NCBI GenBank assembly: GCA_964016885.1
Contig: OZ024745.1
Span: 94,612,001-94,676,000 of the forward strand
Direction of reading: 5' to 3'
Origin: Eledone cirrhosa
Lineage: Eukaryota
Length of the DNA stretch: 64,000 nt
Below the pieces are notes generated by a model. The model was not told the origin of the DNA, ran no database searches, and worked only from the letters and a program-made list of their open reading frames with translations. This document shows, piece by piece, positions 39,722-54,610 of this stretch (position 1 is its first letter; every line of letters starts with the position of its first letter). Made by a program: the position numbers and the translations under genes.

Positions 39722-39725
<4 letters not shown>
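38980..39725 (+). mobile_element. Solo diverged pLTR related to the 26965 PLE, with HHR at 39627-39693
   Basis: TATTTTAT CTGATGA GAACGCAAATATCATC CCAT GATGATATTTTT GAAA TGCGCA TA ATAAAATA; the flanks resemble 32570-33055. Confidence 0.8.
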
Positions 39726-39765
<40 letters not shown>

Positions 39766-40255
39766 TACATACATACATACGTATGTACGTATGGATTATA
39801 TCGAACATTAATAATAATATTCAATTCGTTTGTAAACAAACGACCCAGGTTAGAAGCTGTACCGGTCGTCACCTGCTTGTTCAACACTAGCTTTGAGGAA
39901 CAATCAACATGTTTCTGGGTCATTACTCTTCACCAGAAACTTATATATATATATATATAGTAATAAAAATAAATGTGAAGACTAAAATCCAAAGAGGGCT
40001 CGATAAAGATAATATATATATATCAAAATATATAAAAACTATAGACCAAATATTTATTAAAATAACAGATTGATTTTTTTAGTTTCAGAAGATCCCGTTA
40101 TGGGTGAAAGCAGCGATTCTTTGCTTAAACTTTAATCTGTTATTTTAATATATATATATATATATATATATAGTGTTAGAAGGTAAGGCAACACAAACAA
40201 GAGATGGACAGTTTCCCTTCGTCACCTGTTTACTACGGAACATGGATGTTTCGGC

Positions 40256-40288
<33 letters not shown>

Positions 40289-40958
40289 ACATACATATTC
40301 TCGAGGTGATTGAGCCCTGCGAGGTTTAAAAATGCCCCAGAAACGTCGTACGCCAATATGGGGCGCTACGACTCCCTCGGGAGTTACATATCCATGCAAG
40401 CCCCACATATATATGTATCGTTGGATGGTTAGATGAACGTGTATGTGTGCGTTTATATATATGTGTATATGTATATGAGTGCATGTGCGGAACTCCGTAT
40501 ACTCCTGTGTTTCGTAAGTGAGATAAATTGTTTCACTTGGATAACCGACACTGTAAGATGATACTTACTTGAATTTCTTCTTTTGCATTGTTAAAAGCTT
40601 CTTACAATGGTATAATTTTCTTTAGCAAATACTGTATAATATACGGCTTGAAATCAAACACATCTGTCAAATATTAATGTTTTCAATTCATTGCGTGGGG
40701 AATATAGGGTCAAACAAATCAAATAATTATTGATCCTTTGAAAGTCATGCTATTTATTTCGACTATCAAATAATAGAATTTCAATATATATGGTAAAAGC
40801 AGTGAAAAGATAAGAAGTGTTGAATCAATAGAATACATTAAAAAGGACATAAGAATTGCAATTTGGTTGTACTGACATAACACTTGGTAGAGCAATAAAT
40901 GCTGTCTGTAGTAAGTTTTGGTATCAATATCATTTCTAATGACATGTCTGCATATATA

Positions 40959-41041
<83 letters not shown>

Positions 41042-41089
41042 GGATATTAAAGTGGCATGTCTGTATATATATATATATATGTGTGTGTT

Positions 41090-41131
<42 letters not shown>

Positions 41132-42899
41132 GGATATTAAAGTGGCATGTCTGTATATATATATGTGTGTGTGTTGTGTGTTTGTGTGTGCGTGCGTGTG
41201 TAAAGATATTTAAGTGGCATGTCTGTATATATATATATATATATATATGTGGGGTGGGGTTGGGGGTTGGGGGGTGGGGTGAGTAAGGGCTCTAAAATTG
41301 CAAGTCTGTATGTATATGTGTATTTGTGTGCGAGGGATTTAAAGTGGCGGTAAGCTACCAGTGAGTGGGGTTCACGACCCAGTGCCGATTCCCAGCCTGT
41401 TGAGCTACAGTCGATAAGATAGACTGAAAGAGGAAGAGAGAGAGAGAGAGAGAGAGGGTGATAGTTAAGATGAAGGAGAGAGTGAAGAAAGTGAAAAAGA
41501 TAGATAGCAGAGGAAGAGGGTAATAGAGAAGGTGAAGAAAGTGAGAGAGATGGTGAAAGTGTGAGGTTGAGAGAGAGAGAGAGTGAGGGTGAAAGAGAGA
41601 GGGTGAAAGAGAGAGGTTGAGGGAGAATGAGAGATTGTAGGTTCTTTTTTGTCTTCGTCTATTTATTCATAAGAGGGTCGTGGGGTCCGACTCCCGAGAC
41701 ACGACTTCCAAAGTGTCTTATCAAAAGCAACTGTCTCCAGTTGATCCCGCTGGATTCCCAAGCGAGGCAAATTTATCCAGTGTTTCTTTCTTTAGACATT
41801 CTAAGCATATGTTCGTAGTACCGGAGCTGTGATCTCTCGATTCGGAGAAGCAGCAGCTCCACCTGGAGCGACTCCCCGATATCGGAGCTACGTACCCTAT
41901 CATATAAGATTACTTTAAAAATACTTCGGAGAAATTCCGTGTTCTTTCAGAGATAACTCAAGATCCATGACCATAGGTAAGGCTAGGTATAAACACTGAA
42001 ACGAAGATAGTGAGGCTGGCCTTTACACTTATTTCCCTTCTTCTGATGACAGAGTGTTTAATAAGAATATTTCATTATATTAAAGAAACTCTCTTGCAAT
42101 GAATTGAGCTTTCTTTTCCTTGGCCTTTAGATAAAATGCCACGAAAATTCAATGCTAAATCTATTGTGCGAAAGTGTGCGCGAAGAGGTTATCCTGAAAT
42201 CAGAAACCTCTCTCAAATGCTTACAAAACTCTAGATTCGTTCAAAACACCAAAACACTTTGTGATGATGTGAAATCTGGAGACGACGGATTGTGTCTATC
42301 ACACAACTATATATGTATGAAACTGGGATAACTCCGATATAAAACTTGCGGCTCAGTAGTTACCGATGATATTGATCTTTTCTCCTTTTCGAGTTATAGT
42401 TACTGTCGCTCAGAGAGTGGAATTGGCTCAGTGCACAGTCTTTCCTCACTTTAAAAAAATATCTTCACGCACAGGCATTGCATGATAGAATTAATTAATA
42501 ATTATTAATAATGGCATATTGTACAATGGCCATACTCGATGACGAGGGGGCAGCCATCATGTATGTATATATGTATGTTCTTCTGGTTTTATAATTTCAC
42601 AAATTTTTGCCAGTAGAGAGAGAGAGTCAGTTTCTAACATAGACACAAGTCTCTCTCATTGGAATTTATACACCATCAACTAGGTAGATATGTATGCATA
42701 TCTGCATGCATGCATGTGTAGATATGGATGTTATTGTATGTGTGGATGTGTATGTTTTGAGTTGTATGTGTGCATGTGTATATGCTTTGTATCTGTACAT
42801 GTGTATATGCAGTTATTAGATGCACAATTTTTGGAATGTTTTACATATTTTTACTGTTCCATTAATGGATTGTACTTGTAATTTCCTAACTAGTTGTGT

Positions 42900-44680
42900 T
42901 CTTCCTGTTCCTGTGAAGCTCAGCATCTCAAGATTTGTATTGAGGCAGTTACTAACATATCCCAGCTTCTCTATGGCTCTGATAATAATGTCTGGGATTT
43001 AGCAAGTTGGAGAGCCTCTATCATCCAATAGTGGGGAACAGAATCGAAAGCTTTCCTGTAGTCCAGCCAGACTGTAGCCATATTCCTCCTAAGTTGTCGC
43101 ACCTCCGACATCGCAATTTTGTTGATTAGGAGTTGTTCAGCATATCCCCAACCCCTTTCTTTCCAGCTGCTTGTTCATCTGTGATGATGTTATTATTTTC
43201 ACAGTGATCTTGGAGGAATAGGTTCAGGCAGGCTGTATACATTTTATACATCAAATTATGGCATACAAGAGGTCGGTAGTTTTTTTTCAAGTGGGTGTCT
43301 TTGTTCTTGGGGACCAGTAATATTTGTGCTAATGTCAACCATTCTGGTATAAGTGTATCTCCCTTAAGAACTTGTTGGTAGCGGTCAGTAAGATACCTCC
43401 GATAGAATATCAGTTTTTTGTACCAGTAGCCGACACTCATGTCTCTTCCTAGTGTTTTCTTATCTTGGAGTTTTCCTATCAGAGTCTCAAGGGTACCCTT
43501 ACTTATTTCGTATGTTTTTGTTGTAGTGTAGGAGCAATAGTTCTTTCGGATTTCTCTTAGCCACACTGCATCTTGGTTAAAATTCTTCTTTTCTCCCCAT
43601 ATTTTTCTCCCAAAGGAATCTATGTCTTTCTGGAATGGGGCCTCAGCGATACTGATTATTTTGCCCTTCATATCTCTATAGTTTGGTTTCGTCTGAATCT
43701 TTTATTAAGCACTTTTCTTTTATCTACCTTCTTCAGGTATCGGCGTTTTTCGCTAACAGCTCTCAATTCTTGTATGAGGGTGATCAGCTTATATTGATGA
43801 GTTCTGGTTCTACTGTTACCAAACATCTTCTCTATTTTATTTTTCACTCTTTATTGGTGAGGAGTGAGGTTTTTGTGTGTTTGTTTGCATGTAAGGAGCA
43901 TTGTCACATGTCCTATGGTTTTTCATAGGTCAGCAATCTTTTTTCTATTTTAGTTATATATGATGGTATTTTTGGTGGTGTTTCTTTCTTGTTAATATCT
44001 CTGCTATCACCAATATAACGCTTCACTGTCGTTGCTAAGGCATATAAACAGGCGTTTATTTGCCAAAATGTTGGGGGTTTTATCCGTCGTAAATATTCAT
44101 CCCCATTTTCGTCAATAACACGTAATATTTCATTTTAAAAAAAAATTAAATATTGTTGTTTTTATAAGTTCAGCAAGAGAGATATTTATACATGAATTAA
44201 TTCCTCTCTGGAAGATTTCGTTGAGGGAAATTTTCAATTGTTTATACTTTTGATTATTATCATTATCGATAGTATTTTCCACAACATTCGAGGTAGACTC
44301 GGATGGTACACGTGGTGTCAAATTTCTTCGATTATTATTATTATCGATAGTGTTTTCCCCAGCATTCGAGATAGACTTAGATGGTACACGTGGATTCAAG
44401 TTTCTTACAGGCATAGTTGTTTCAAGGCACTGTTCGACCTGGCTGCTAGGAAGTCTAGTAGCATGGCGACCTGTAGCATATGTTGTTGATCCCATGTTTG
44501 TTGTGGGGGACATACAATTAATAATATTTATCTTATTTTTACGTTCAACAAACGTCGCTTGTTGGCGTAATTGTTTCGCTGTGAAGTGATTTAGCTCTGG
44601 GTGTATTTCGTCCCAGTGTAGCTTCATTCAGTTCATATAGCCAATGGAGGGGTTGTTTTTTGGCATTTTATAACAATTAA
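42900..44680 (-). pseudogene. R4/Dong-like non-LTR retrotransposon, N-terminal part to RT motif A
   Basis: IPEWLTLAQILLVPKN..KNYRPLVCHNLMYK..EQAAGKKG, then EQLLINK..VWLDYRKAFDSVPH in another frame. Clade assigned from memory. Confidence 0.75.
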
Positions 44681-45190
44681 ATATGTATGTATGTACGTAC
44701 GTACGTATGTATGTATGTACGTATGTATTTATATGAAATCCATTCAGATTTATGTAGGTTTTCCTCGAAGAAGTCAAGACGGTTATTAACAATGCATTTG
44801 TTCAAATTCGGTCGAACAGATCACAAAAGATATTTTTCTTCAGTGTTAACCTTTAAGTTTGTATTGTCATTTGTTTCTTATTCAGTATAAATCTTCACCT
44901 GCTTCCACCAAACATCAGCTGCAATTTTGATTATCTTCTTCATCTGAAACTCATTATTAATTTAATTACGTGTCACATAATGCACGATAATCATTAACAT
45001 TTTTAGTACTTAATACTACGTCTAGAAGTTATATACAATCCCTATATATATATGTCTTTCTTTCTCTGTCTCCATCTTCCTGTAGAAGCAATTTCTATAT
45101 TAAATCTCATTGTTTTTTCACTCTACTGATGTATTGAGTACCTCCTTATTCGCTGAGGTTACCCCCGATATCACACACACATACACGGAA

Positions 45191-45232
<42 letters not shown>

Positions 45233-45286
45233 CAGGAAAGAAGAGTGACACGGTTTGCTATACAAAAAAAGGTTTTTAATCTCATT

Positions 45287-45385
45287 GCTGACAATTGTTT
45301 CTCTGAACTGGTAGGTCTAGAGATCGCTTATTTTCACGTTATTCGATCACCAATACAAAGTTATAACCAGTCAATTCATCGGAGC
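45287..45385 (-). ncRNA. HHR-like motif (core CCGATGA)
   Basis: Minus strand reads GCT CCGATGA ..ACTGGT...ACCAGT.. GAAA CAATTG TC AGC. Confidence 0.55.
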
Positions 45386-45846
45386 TTGTGAGAATGAAAA
45401 GAATATACAGGCATGGCTACTATATATAGTAGTAATGGCATTCAATCAGAACAATAACAACAATACTAACACTGCTAGCAATAAATTATTTGAAATAATC
45501 ACATCAATCTAGGTTGGAAGTATAGTATATCTACGATTTTAGCGTGTAAAACTAGCTGACATGAGGCAGATGTATAACATTGACATGTAAAAGCTGTCAT
45601 GGGGTGTATTATATCTAGTGTAAAGATAAGCCGGTGGCTTTAAACAATATAGGTCTGGTGGCCGTAAGACTCATTTATTATCTGACAGATGAAGTATTTA
45701 TCACTGTAGTGAGGATAGTAATATTTGTGTGGTCTATATTAGAGGAAAGGGTTGTCTATCTTTCTCATCATCAATAACATACATGTATCAGACAACATTA
45801 ACAGAGTAGCAATACAATGGGCAAGTTAATACAGAGGTTAAGGAGG

Positions 45847-45904
<58 letters not shown>

Positions 45905-46070
45905 TACATACATACACACAAACACATATATATATACATACACACATATACATACTTATAAAGAGAACACATGGTGTCTATAATTAAAACAGGAGGAAGG
46001 TAAAGTTATGTTGTAGTAGTATTTTGAAATGTTCTTGGATTTAGGTTCATATAACAATAATTTGTTACCC

Positions 46071-46101
<31 letters not shown>

Positions 46102-46118
46102 TGAGATTCTACAATAAC

Positions 46119-46198
<80 letters not shown>

Positions 46199-47235
46199 GT
46201 GTATATATATATATATATATGTGTGAGTGTGAGTGTGTGTTTCTGTGCGCGTGTGCGCGTGTGAATGTGAAGGAGAAAATCTAGCTTTTGTTGCATGAAA
46301 TAAGAGAAAAATATATTCTCAATGATATTATACCATATATCTTATCTTACTGATGTTTGTGAAGCAGTTTATACAAGACAAACTCTACATCTAACCTCTT
46401 AATCGTGTTTATGAATCACTTCAAAAAATTAAGTTTTACATACACACACACACACACACACGCACATTCACACATATACACACCCCACATACACACATAC
46501 ACACTAAAAAAAACACACACACACACACACACTCAAACACATACATTAGACGAATACACGAAGAAACATTTGTAGGCATGTTCTCGGTTAAATCTGCTTC
46601 AGCAAATCTATTTTACCGAAGTAGTTGTAATGTTTCAAAAACCTTTATCGATTCTTTTTACTTCAACTTTCAATTTTTATTTCATCCTTAGATGCTATTT
46701 ATTAAGATATATCGTGGGATAAAAAAAAATATATATTATTTGCGGATGAATATTCCATTGCACTTGTAAGATGCTCAACATCCATGTTGATTTTTGTTTG
46801 TTAGATTACAGGAGAGTGTATGATATATAAATACATAACTAAAGGGAGGTAAAATGATATATTATTTTCAATAAATGTCTTTATATAAACACAAAATGGA
46901 ACATTTATTGTAAATGTTTGACAAGACAAATAAAAGGAATGCATTAAAACTTAAGCTATATATGTACGATGAAACAAGTTGATACGTAATAATATATATT
47001 ACAGGAACATTCTTATGAAATTTAACAATGTTTGTGTGATCCATTAAGTAAAAGTGTAGAACAGTGATACATTATTATATATAGATTCTCCTTCCTTTCT
47101 GAATACATTAAAAAACCATGATAAATATGAGTCCAAACCAGGAAGCTTTAATGATAAATATATATCAGTAACATTTCCTCAAGAAACGAATGACAGCAAA
47201 TTATTATATAAAGATCATATATATGTGTGTGTGCG

Positions 47236-47293
<58 letters not shown>

Positions 47294-49255
47294 TTAGAAT
47301 GCGTGTTTTCACTCCCGTGGTATTCAAAACATTCAAACATTAAGTGGTTGTGCACTCAATAATGTTGGGTAAATTATAGAGAAGTGGTGTGTTAGGAATT
47401 TCAAAGTTTCAGCTTGATTGATTCATCGATTACTTCTATCATTACTATAACTGATTTCCCTCCCACTAAAATTCTGCCCAGCCACCCCACTCAGAACATT
47501 AACCCTTTGGAAACCTATTCCCACCTAGATTGTCCTACACACATTACAGAGTAATAAAGATTAAATTATGTATAGATTCTGACACAGAAAATTTCCGTCG
47601 TAAAAGAGGAAAATGAAAGGTATGAAATCAGAAATTATAGAAAAACTTTCTCGGCATACATTAGATACATTCATTAGATTCGCAGACTCGAGCATTTAAA
47701 AATAAGCGTAATGATACCTATAGAAAAGTCTGTAATATCAGTTGTTGGCGTCTTGAGAAGAAATCTCCCGCGGGAACTTAAAAAACAACCATAAAGCTGA
47801 TAAGGTAACTGACGACAACAAAATTCAAAATCCAATGTTGTTTGTATTTTGGCCCTTAAGCCAAATATAATCTCACTGAGACAATGCCAATTATATATAG
47901 CGAATATAAAAAAAGACCATGTTTAGTTTGGAAATTATCAAAGTTTTCAAATCTAATTCTCTAAATGAATGCGTATATAACTCAGCGAAGGAGAATCTCT
48001 ACAGCAAGTAGATGACAAGCTTATCTTTTGTTAGCTTCTGATTTGCTTTATTTCCATGCTTGTCAATAATTGTTATACACGTGTTTACCGAATCTAATAT
48101 CTGTCATGGTATCTTGAACATTAACCAAATGCAGTGATCACCAATTAACATTTTAAAAATAGAACGAGTTATGGTGAAATAAATGGACACAGAACGATTA
48201 TGAAATATTCAAAATTTCATTGTCGTTAATTGTTGTCTAAATACCTCAAAATAATTCGTGTTTCAACAATATGAGTAGCATCAATAATTTCCCTAACCCT
48301 AAAAACTGTGCTGAGATGCAAATCATCAGAAATAAATGTAGGGCACTAAATGTCGTGTTCTGACCGAGTTCATAACGAGCCAATGAGAGAAGCCTCTATA
48401 TATTTACCAAATGATACAGCATTATTCAAAATGTTGGTAAAATTCGTTTGTTATAGTCATGTCAATCGATAAATTTAATTATATGTCTATAGGGTCAGAA
48501 TTCATTCTCCTCTGAGAAAAAAAAAATAGTCCATGGTGAAATCTTTTTACTGAAATATCGGGATTAACTTTAGTTTTACAAAACTACTGTTTGTAAAAAG
48601 GAAGGTAAAATTAGATAACGTAGTCATCGATATATACAGGTTCTAACAATGATGGAGTACCTCTTTGATCATAGGTTTACTTAATGTAAGCTGACATGGA
48701 TTTAAATGATAACATTAGGCTCAGACCAGTAGGGAAAAGAAAGTGTTAGGAAAACTTGAAGAGCATCCGAATAGACACTTAATCGTGATTAGTTCCATCA
48801 CTCCAGCTCTCAGTTGTTATAGAGAAAAGTAGGATAATACTCAAACGAAGATATTTATCTTGGCATGCACAACATATTTCAAATAAACCAACAGTAAATA
48901 ATCTAACTGAACAAGCTGGTGGTATAATATATAAATTGTATATAAATAATTTCATAAATTTGGATATAAATCTATTTCAGCATAATTTAGTTTCTATAAG
49001 CAGCGAATTTCTTTTGTGGTGATCTTAATTTCAATTTCAACGCTATTGCGTTATGTAGATAACTCTGTAATAATCGGAAAATAACCGCTTTCTAAAGTCC
49101 ATTTATCTTAATAAATAGAAGCTTTCATTCTTACATCCTGTACATCACGTAAACGATAATTGACGGCGAAAATAATAAATATACAGGAAATAGTTTAGTA
49201 GCAAGCAAATTATTTGAGGGTATTTAAGCGATTTCTGAGTTCTATATATACATAT

Positions 49256-50120
<865 letters not shown>

Positions 50121-50122
<2 letters not shown>

Positions 50123-53100
50123 AAGGTTTAGCAAATAATGAAAAAGTTTCAAAATAAATTTTAAAAAATTGACTTTACCTACTATAGTTACCTTTACCGA
50201 TCGGTTTCGAATCCCAAAAATAAACGGAGACCATACGGCCTTCGTTGCAAAGAAAGATTCTCGTCAGAAGGTTCTTTTCATTCGAAGAATATAAAATTCT
50301 TGAATTTAAATTACGAACTAGCGCTATCCAAAACTGTTCCTGAGATGAGAGTGAATGAAGTGGAATCAATTTTTTCAAGGGCCGAAGTAAAGATAGAGGC
50401 AGAGGGAGGTAGGTCAAACCGGCCGCAACTATCACTAGCAGCAGTCGGAACAACCCAATTTGTCTCTCAACAATAGCGGAGAGTAGTAATAATAGGATAT
50501 GTGTTCCTTCACGCATAAGGCGCTAAGGGACGCATGTATTGTCCAACCAAATGCCAATGTGGTTCAATGGCAGGTTAATAAATTAACGAGCCAGAACATA
50601 TATAAACAAGGTTTAGCAAATAATGAAAAAGTTTCAAAATAAATTTTAAAAAATTGACTTTACCTACTATAGTTACCTTTACCGATCGGTTTCGAATCCC
50701 AAAAATAAACGGAGACCATACGGCCTTCGTTGCAAAGAAAGATTCTCGTCAGAAGGTTCTTTTCATTCGAAGAATATAAAATTCTTGAATTTAAATTACG
50801 AACTAGCGCTATCCAAAACTGTTCCTGAGATGAGAGTGAATGAAGTGGAATCAATTTTTTCAAGGGCCGAAGTAAAGATAGAGGCAGAGGGAGGTAGGTC
50901 AAACCGGCCGCAACTATCACTAGCAGCAGTCGGAACAACCCAATTTGTCTCTCAACAATAGCGGAGAGTAGTAATAATAGGATATGTGTTCCTTCACGCA
51001 TAAGGCGCTAAGGGACGCATGTATTGTCCAACCAAATGCCAATGTGGTTCAATGGCAGGTTAATAAATTAACGAGCCAGAACATATATAAACAAGGTTTA
51101 GCAAATAATGAAAAAGTTTCAAAATAAATTTTAAAAAATTGACTTTACCTACTATAGTTACCTTTACCGATCGGTTTCGAATCCCAAAAATAAACGGAGA
51201 CCATACGGCCTTCGTTGCAAAGAAAGATTCTCGTCAGAAGGTTCTTTTCATTCGAAGAATATAAAATTCTTGAATTTAAATTACGAACTAGCGCTATCCA
51301 AAACTGTTCCTGAGATGAGAGTGAATGAAGTGGAATCAATTTTTTCAAGGGCCGAAGTAAAGATAGAGGCAGAGGGAGGTAGGTCAAACCGGCCGCAACT
51401 ATCACTAGCAGCAGTCGGAACAACCCAATTTGTCTCTCATCAATAGCGGAGAGTAGTAATAATAGGATATGTGTTCCTTCACGCATAAGGCGCTAAGGGA
51501 CGCATGTATTGTCCAACCAAATGCCAATGTGGTTCAATGGCAGGTTAATAAATTAACGAGCCAGAACATATATAAACAAGGTTTAGCAAATAATGAAAAA
51601 GTTTCAAAATAAATTTTAAAAAATTGACTTTACCTACTATAGTTACCTTTACCGATCGGTTTCGAATCCCAAAAATAAACGGAGACCATACGGCCTTCGT
51701 TGCAAAGAAAGATTCTCGTCAGAAGGTTCTTTTCATTCGAAGAATATAAAATTCTTGAATTTAAATTACGAACTAGCGCTATCCAAAACTGTTCCTGAGA
51801 TGAGAGTGAATGAAGTGGAATCAATTTTTTCAAGGGCCGAAGTAAAGATAGAGGCAGAGGGAGGTAGGTCAAACCGGCCGCAACTATCACTAGCAGCAGT
51901 CGGAACAACCCAATTTGTCTCTCAACAATAGCGGAGAGTAGTAATAATAGGATATGTGTTCCTTCACGCATAAGGCGCTAAGGGACGCATGTATTGTCCA
52001 ACCAAATGCCAATGTGGTTCAATGGCAGGTTAATAAATTAACGAGCCAGAACATATATAAACAAGGTTTAGCAAATAATGAAAAAGTTTCAAAATAAATT
52101 TTAAAAAATTGACTTTACCTACTATAGTTACCTTTACCGATCGGTTTCGAATCCCAAAAATAAACGGAGACCATACGGCCTTCGTTGCAAAGAAAGATTC
52201 TCGTCAGAAGGTTCTTTTCATTCGAAGAATATAAAATTCTTGAATTTAAATTACGAACTAGCGCTATCCAAAACTGTTCCTGAGATGAGAGTGAATGAAG
52301 TGGAATCAATTTTTTCAAGGGCCGAAGTAAAGATAGAGGCAGAGGGAGGTAGGTCAAACCGGCCGCAACTATCACTAGCAGCAGTCGGAACAACCCAATT
52401 TGTCTCTCAACAATAGCGGAGAGTAGTAATAATAGGATATGTGTTCCTTCACGCATAAGGCGCTAAGGGACGCATGTATTGTCCAACCAAATGCCAATGT
52501 GGTTCAATGGCAGGTTAATAAATTAACGAGCCAGAACATATATAAACAAGGTTTAGCAAATAATGAAAAAGTTTCAAAATAAATTTTAAAAAATTGACTT
52601 TACCTACTATAGTTACCTTTACCGATCGGTTTCGAATCCCAAAAATAAACGGAGACCATACGGCCTTCGTTGCAAAGAAAGATTCTCGTCAGAAGGTTCT
52701 TTTCATTCGAAGAATATAAAATTCTTGAATTTAAATTACGAACTAGCGCTATCCAAAACTGTTCCTGAGATGAGAGTGAATGAAGTGGAATCAATTTTTT
52801 CAAGGGCCGAAGTAAAGATAGAGGCAGAGGGAGGTAGGTCAAACCGGCCGCAACTATCACTAGCAGCAGTCGGAACAACCCAATTTGTCTCTCAACAATA
52901 GCGGAGAGTAGTAATAATAGGATATGTGTTCCTTCACGCATAAGGCGCTAAGGGACGCATGTATTGTCCAACCAAATGCCAATGTGGTTCAATGGCAGGT
53001 TAATAAATTAACGAGCCAGAACATATATAAACAAGGTTTAGCAAATAATGAAAAAGTTTCAAAATAAATTTTAAAAAATTGACTTTACCTACTATAGTTA

Positions 53101-53297
53101 CCTTTACCGATCGGTTTCGAATCCCAAAAATAAACGGAGACCATACGGCCTTCGTTGCAAAGAAAGATCCTCGTCAGAAGGTTCTTTTCATTCGAAGAAT
53201 ATAAAATTCTTGAATTTAAATTACGAACTAGCGCTATCCAAAACTGTTCCTGAGATGAGAGTGAATGAAGTGGAATCAATTTTTTCAAGGGCCGAAG
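50121..53297 (-). repeat. Tandem array of 6.5 near-identical 485-bp units, each with a type I HHR (retrozyme-like family A)
   Basis: Units start at 50121, 50606, 51091, 51576, 52061, 52546 and 53031. Minus-strand HHRs at 50190-50272, 50675-50757, 51160-51242, 51645-51727, 52130-52212, 52615-52697 and 53100-53182. Confidence 0.95.
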
Positions 53298-53635
53298 GAA
53301 CAGTTTTGGATAGCGCTAGTTCGTAATTTAAATTCAAGAATTTTATATTCTTCGAATGAAAAGAACCTTCTGACGAGAATCTTTCTTTGCAACGAAGGCC
53401 GTATGGTCTCCGTTTATTTTTGGGATTCGAAACCGATCGGTAAAGGTAACTATAGTAGGTAAAGTCAATTTTTTAAAATTTATTTTGAAACTTTTTCATT
53501 ATTTGCTAAACCTTGTTTATATATGTTCTGGCTCGTTAATTTATTAACCTGCCATTGAACCACATTGGCATTTGGTTGGACAATACATGCGTCCCTTAGC
53601 GCCTTATGCGTGAAGGAACACATATCCTATTATTA
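53296..53635 (+). repeat. Inverted arm of the array
   Basis: Reverse complement of 52912-53251, with 2-bp (ag) microhomology at the junction. Ends in (TA)n. Confidence 0.95.
53365..53447 (+). ncRNA. Type I hammerhead ribozyme, family A
   Basis: ACCTT CTGACGA GAATCTT..AACG A AGGCC GTAT GGTCT C CGTT..GGGATTC GAAA CCGATCGG TA AAGGT; cleavage predicted after GUA (53442). Confidence 0.9.
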
Positions 53636-53859
53636 TATATATATATATATATATATACATGGAAAACTAAAATGAAGAAATAAAGGAGGATTATTTTGAT
53701 GAAATACTTAACAAACGTTTTGTGAAAAGTTTCAGTTACATAACAGAAAAAATTAAGATAATTTATAAAAAATGTTTATAGAAAAGTTTTGTACCATTTT
53801 ATTAATAATTTTGAGAGATTGAAATTCTTTATAAAACTTTGGAAAATTAAAAAAAAATA

Positions 53860-54610
53860 AATTTAAATGAACATTTTGAGAAAATATTATGAAAAATCTG
53901 TGGAAAATATTTGAAAGAATTTTTGGTGAAATTTCTTTCGAAAATATTTTGATAAAAATTTAAAGAATATATACGAACGTCCTTTGAAGATCCTTGGTAA
54001 TGGGGGAGGATATCTTTGAAATGTTTGGGAATATATTTAAGAAAATTTTGAGTAAAAGCTTAGAAAACTATTTTAAAAAATATTTAAGAGAATATGTTGA
54101 AAGTTTTATAGAATTTTATCCAAATGTTTTTAGTAAACTTAGAGAAAATATTTTGAAAAAATTGCAGAATATTTTGCGAGAAAGTTTGGTGAAATTATTT
54201 CGAAAACATTTTGATAAAAGTTTAAAGAAAATTTCGAAGAAAAGTTTTGAGAGTAATTATCAGAAAAATGTTGATGAAACTTTTGCGAAAATTTTCTAAA
54301 AATTTTGAGAGAAATGTTTAAAAAAGTTTTCAAAAAATTAAAATTACCTGAAAATTTTGCGAGAAATTGTGGTGAAATTGAATTGTTTTTGAAAACATTT
54401 TGATAAAACTTTAAAGAAAATTCCAAGGAAAATTTCAGAGAAAACGTTTCTGAAAATCTTTAAGAGGAATTTTGGGGAAAAGTTTCCAAAAATTTTGAAT
54501 AAAAAGATTGTAGAAAATTTTGCGAGAAATTTTGGTGAAATTTTTTCGAAAATACTTTGATAAAAATTTAAAGAGAATTTCGAGGAAAACGTTTCGGAAA
54601 ACCTTTCAAT
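53860..54610. repeat. Degenerate A/T-tract satellite-like repeat
   Basis: Recurring gaaaattttgcgagaaatttggtgaaa..cgaaaatattttgataaaa at roughly 165-260 bp spacing. Confidence 0.6.

Noticed and set aside
41951-41976. Possible 26-nt micro-exon (ttctttcag|...ATAG|gtaagg)
   Set aside because: Splice-like signals only, with no neighbouring exons or protein similarity. Expected by chance in 64 kb.
50121-53297. CRISPR array or tandem gene cluster
   Set aside because: No unique spacers, eukaryotic context, and no rRNA, snRNA or histone similarity that I can recognise.
50175-53462. Repeated 113-aa hydrophobic ORF (MREGTHILLLLL...) in each 485-bp unit
   Set aside because: The homologous locus at 22154-23066 has GTG in place of ATG, 1-bp indels and an early stop, so the frame is not conserved. 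It also runs through the ribozyme. Treated as incidental.
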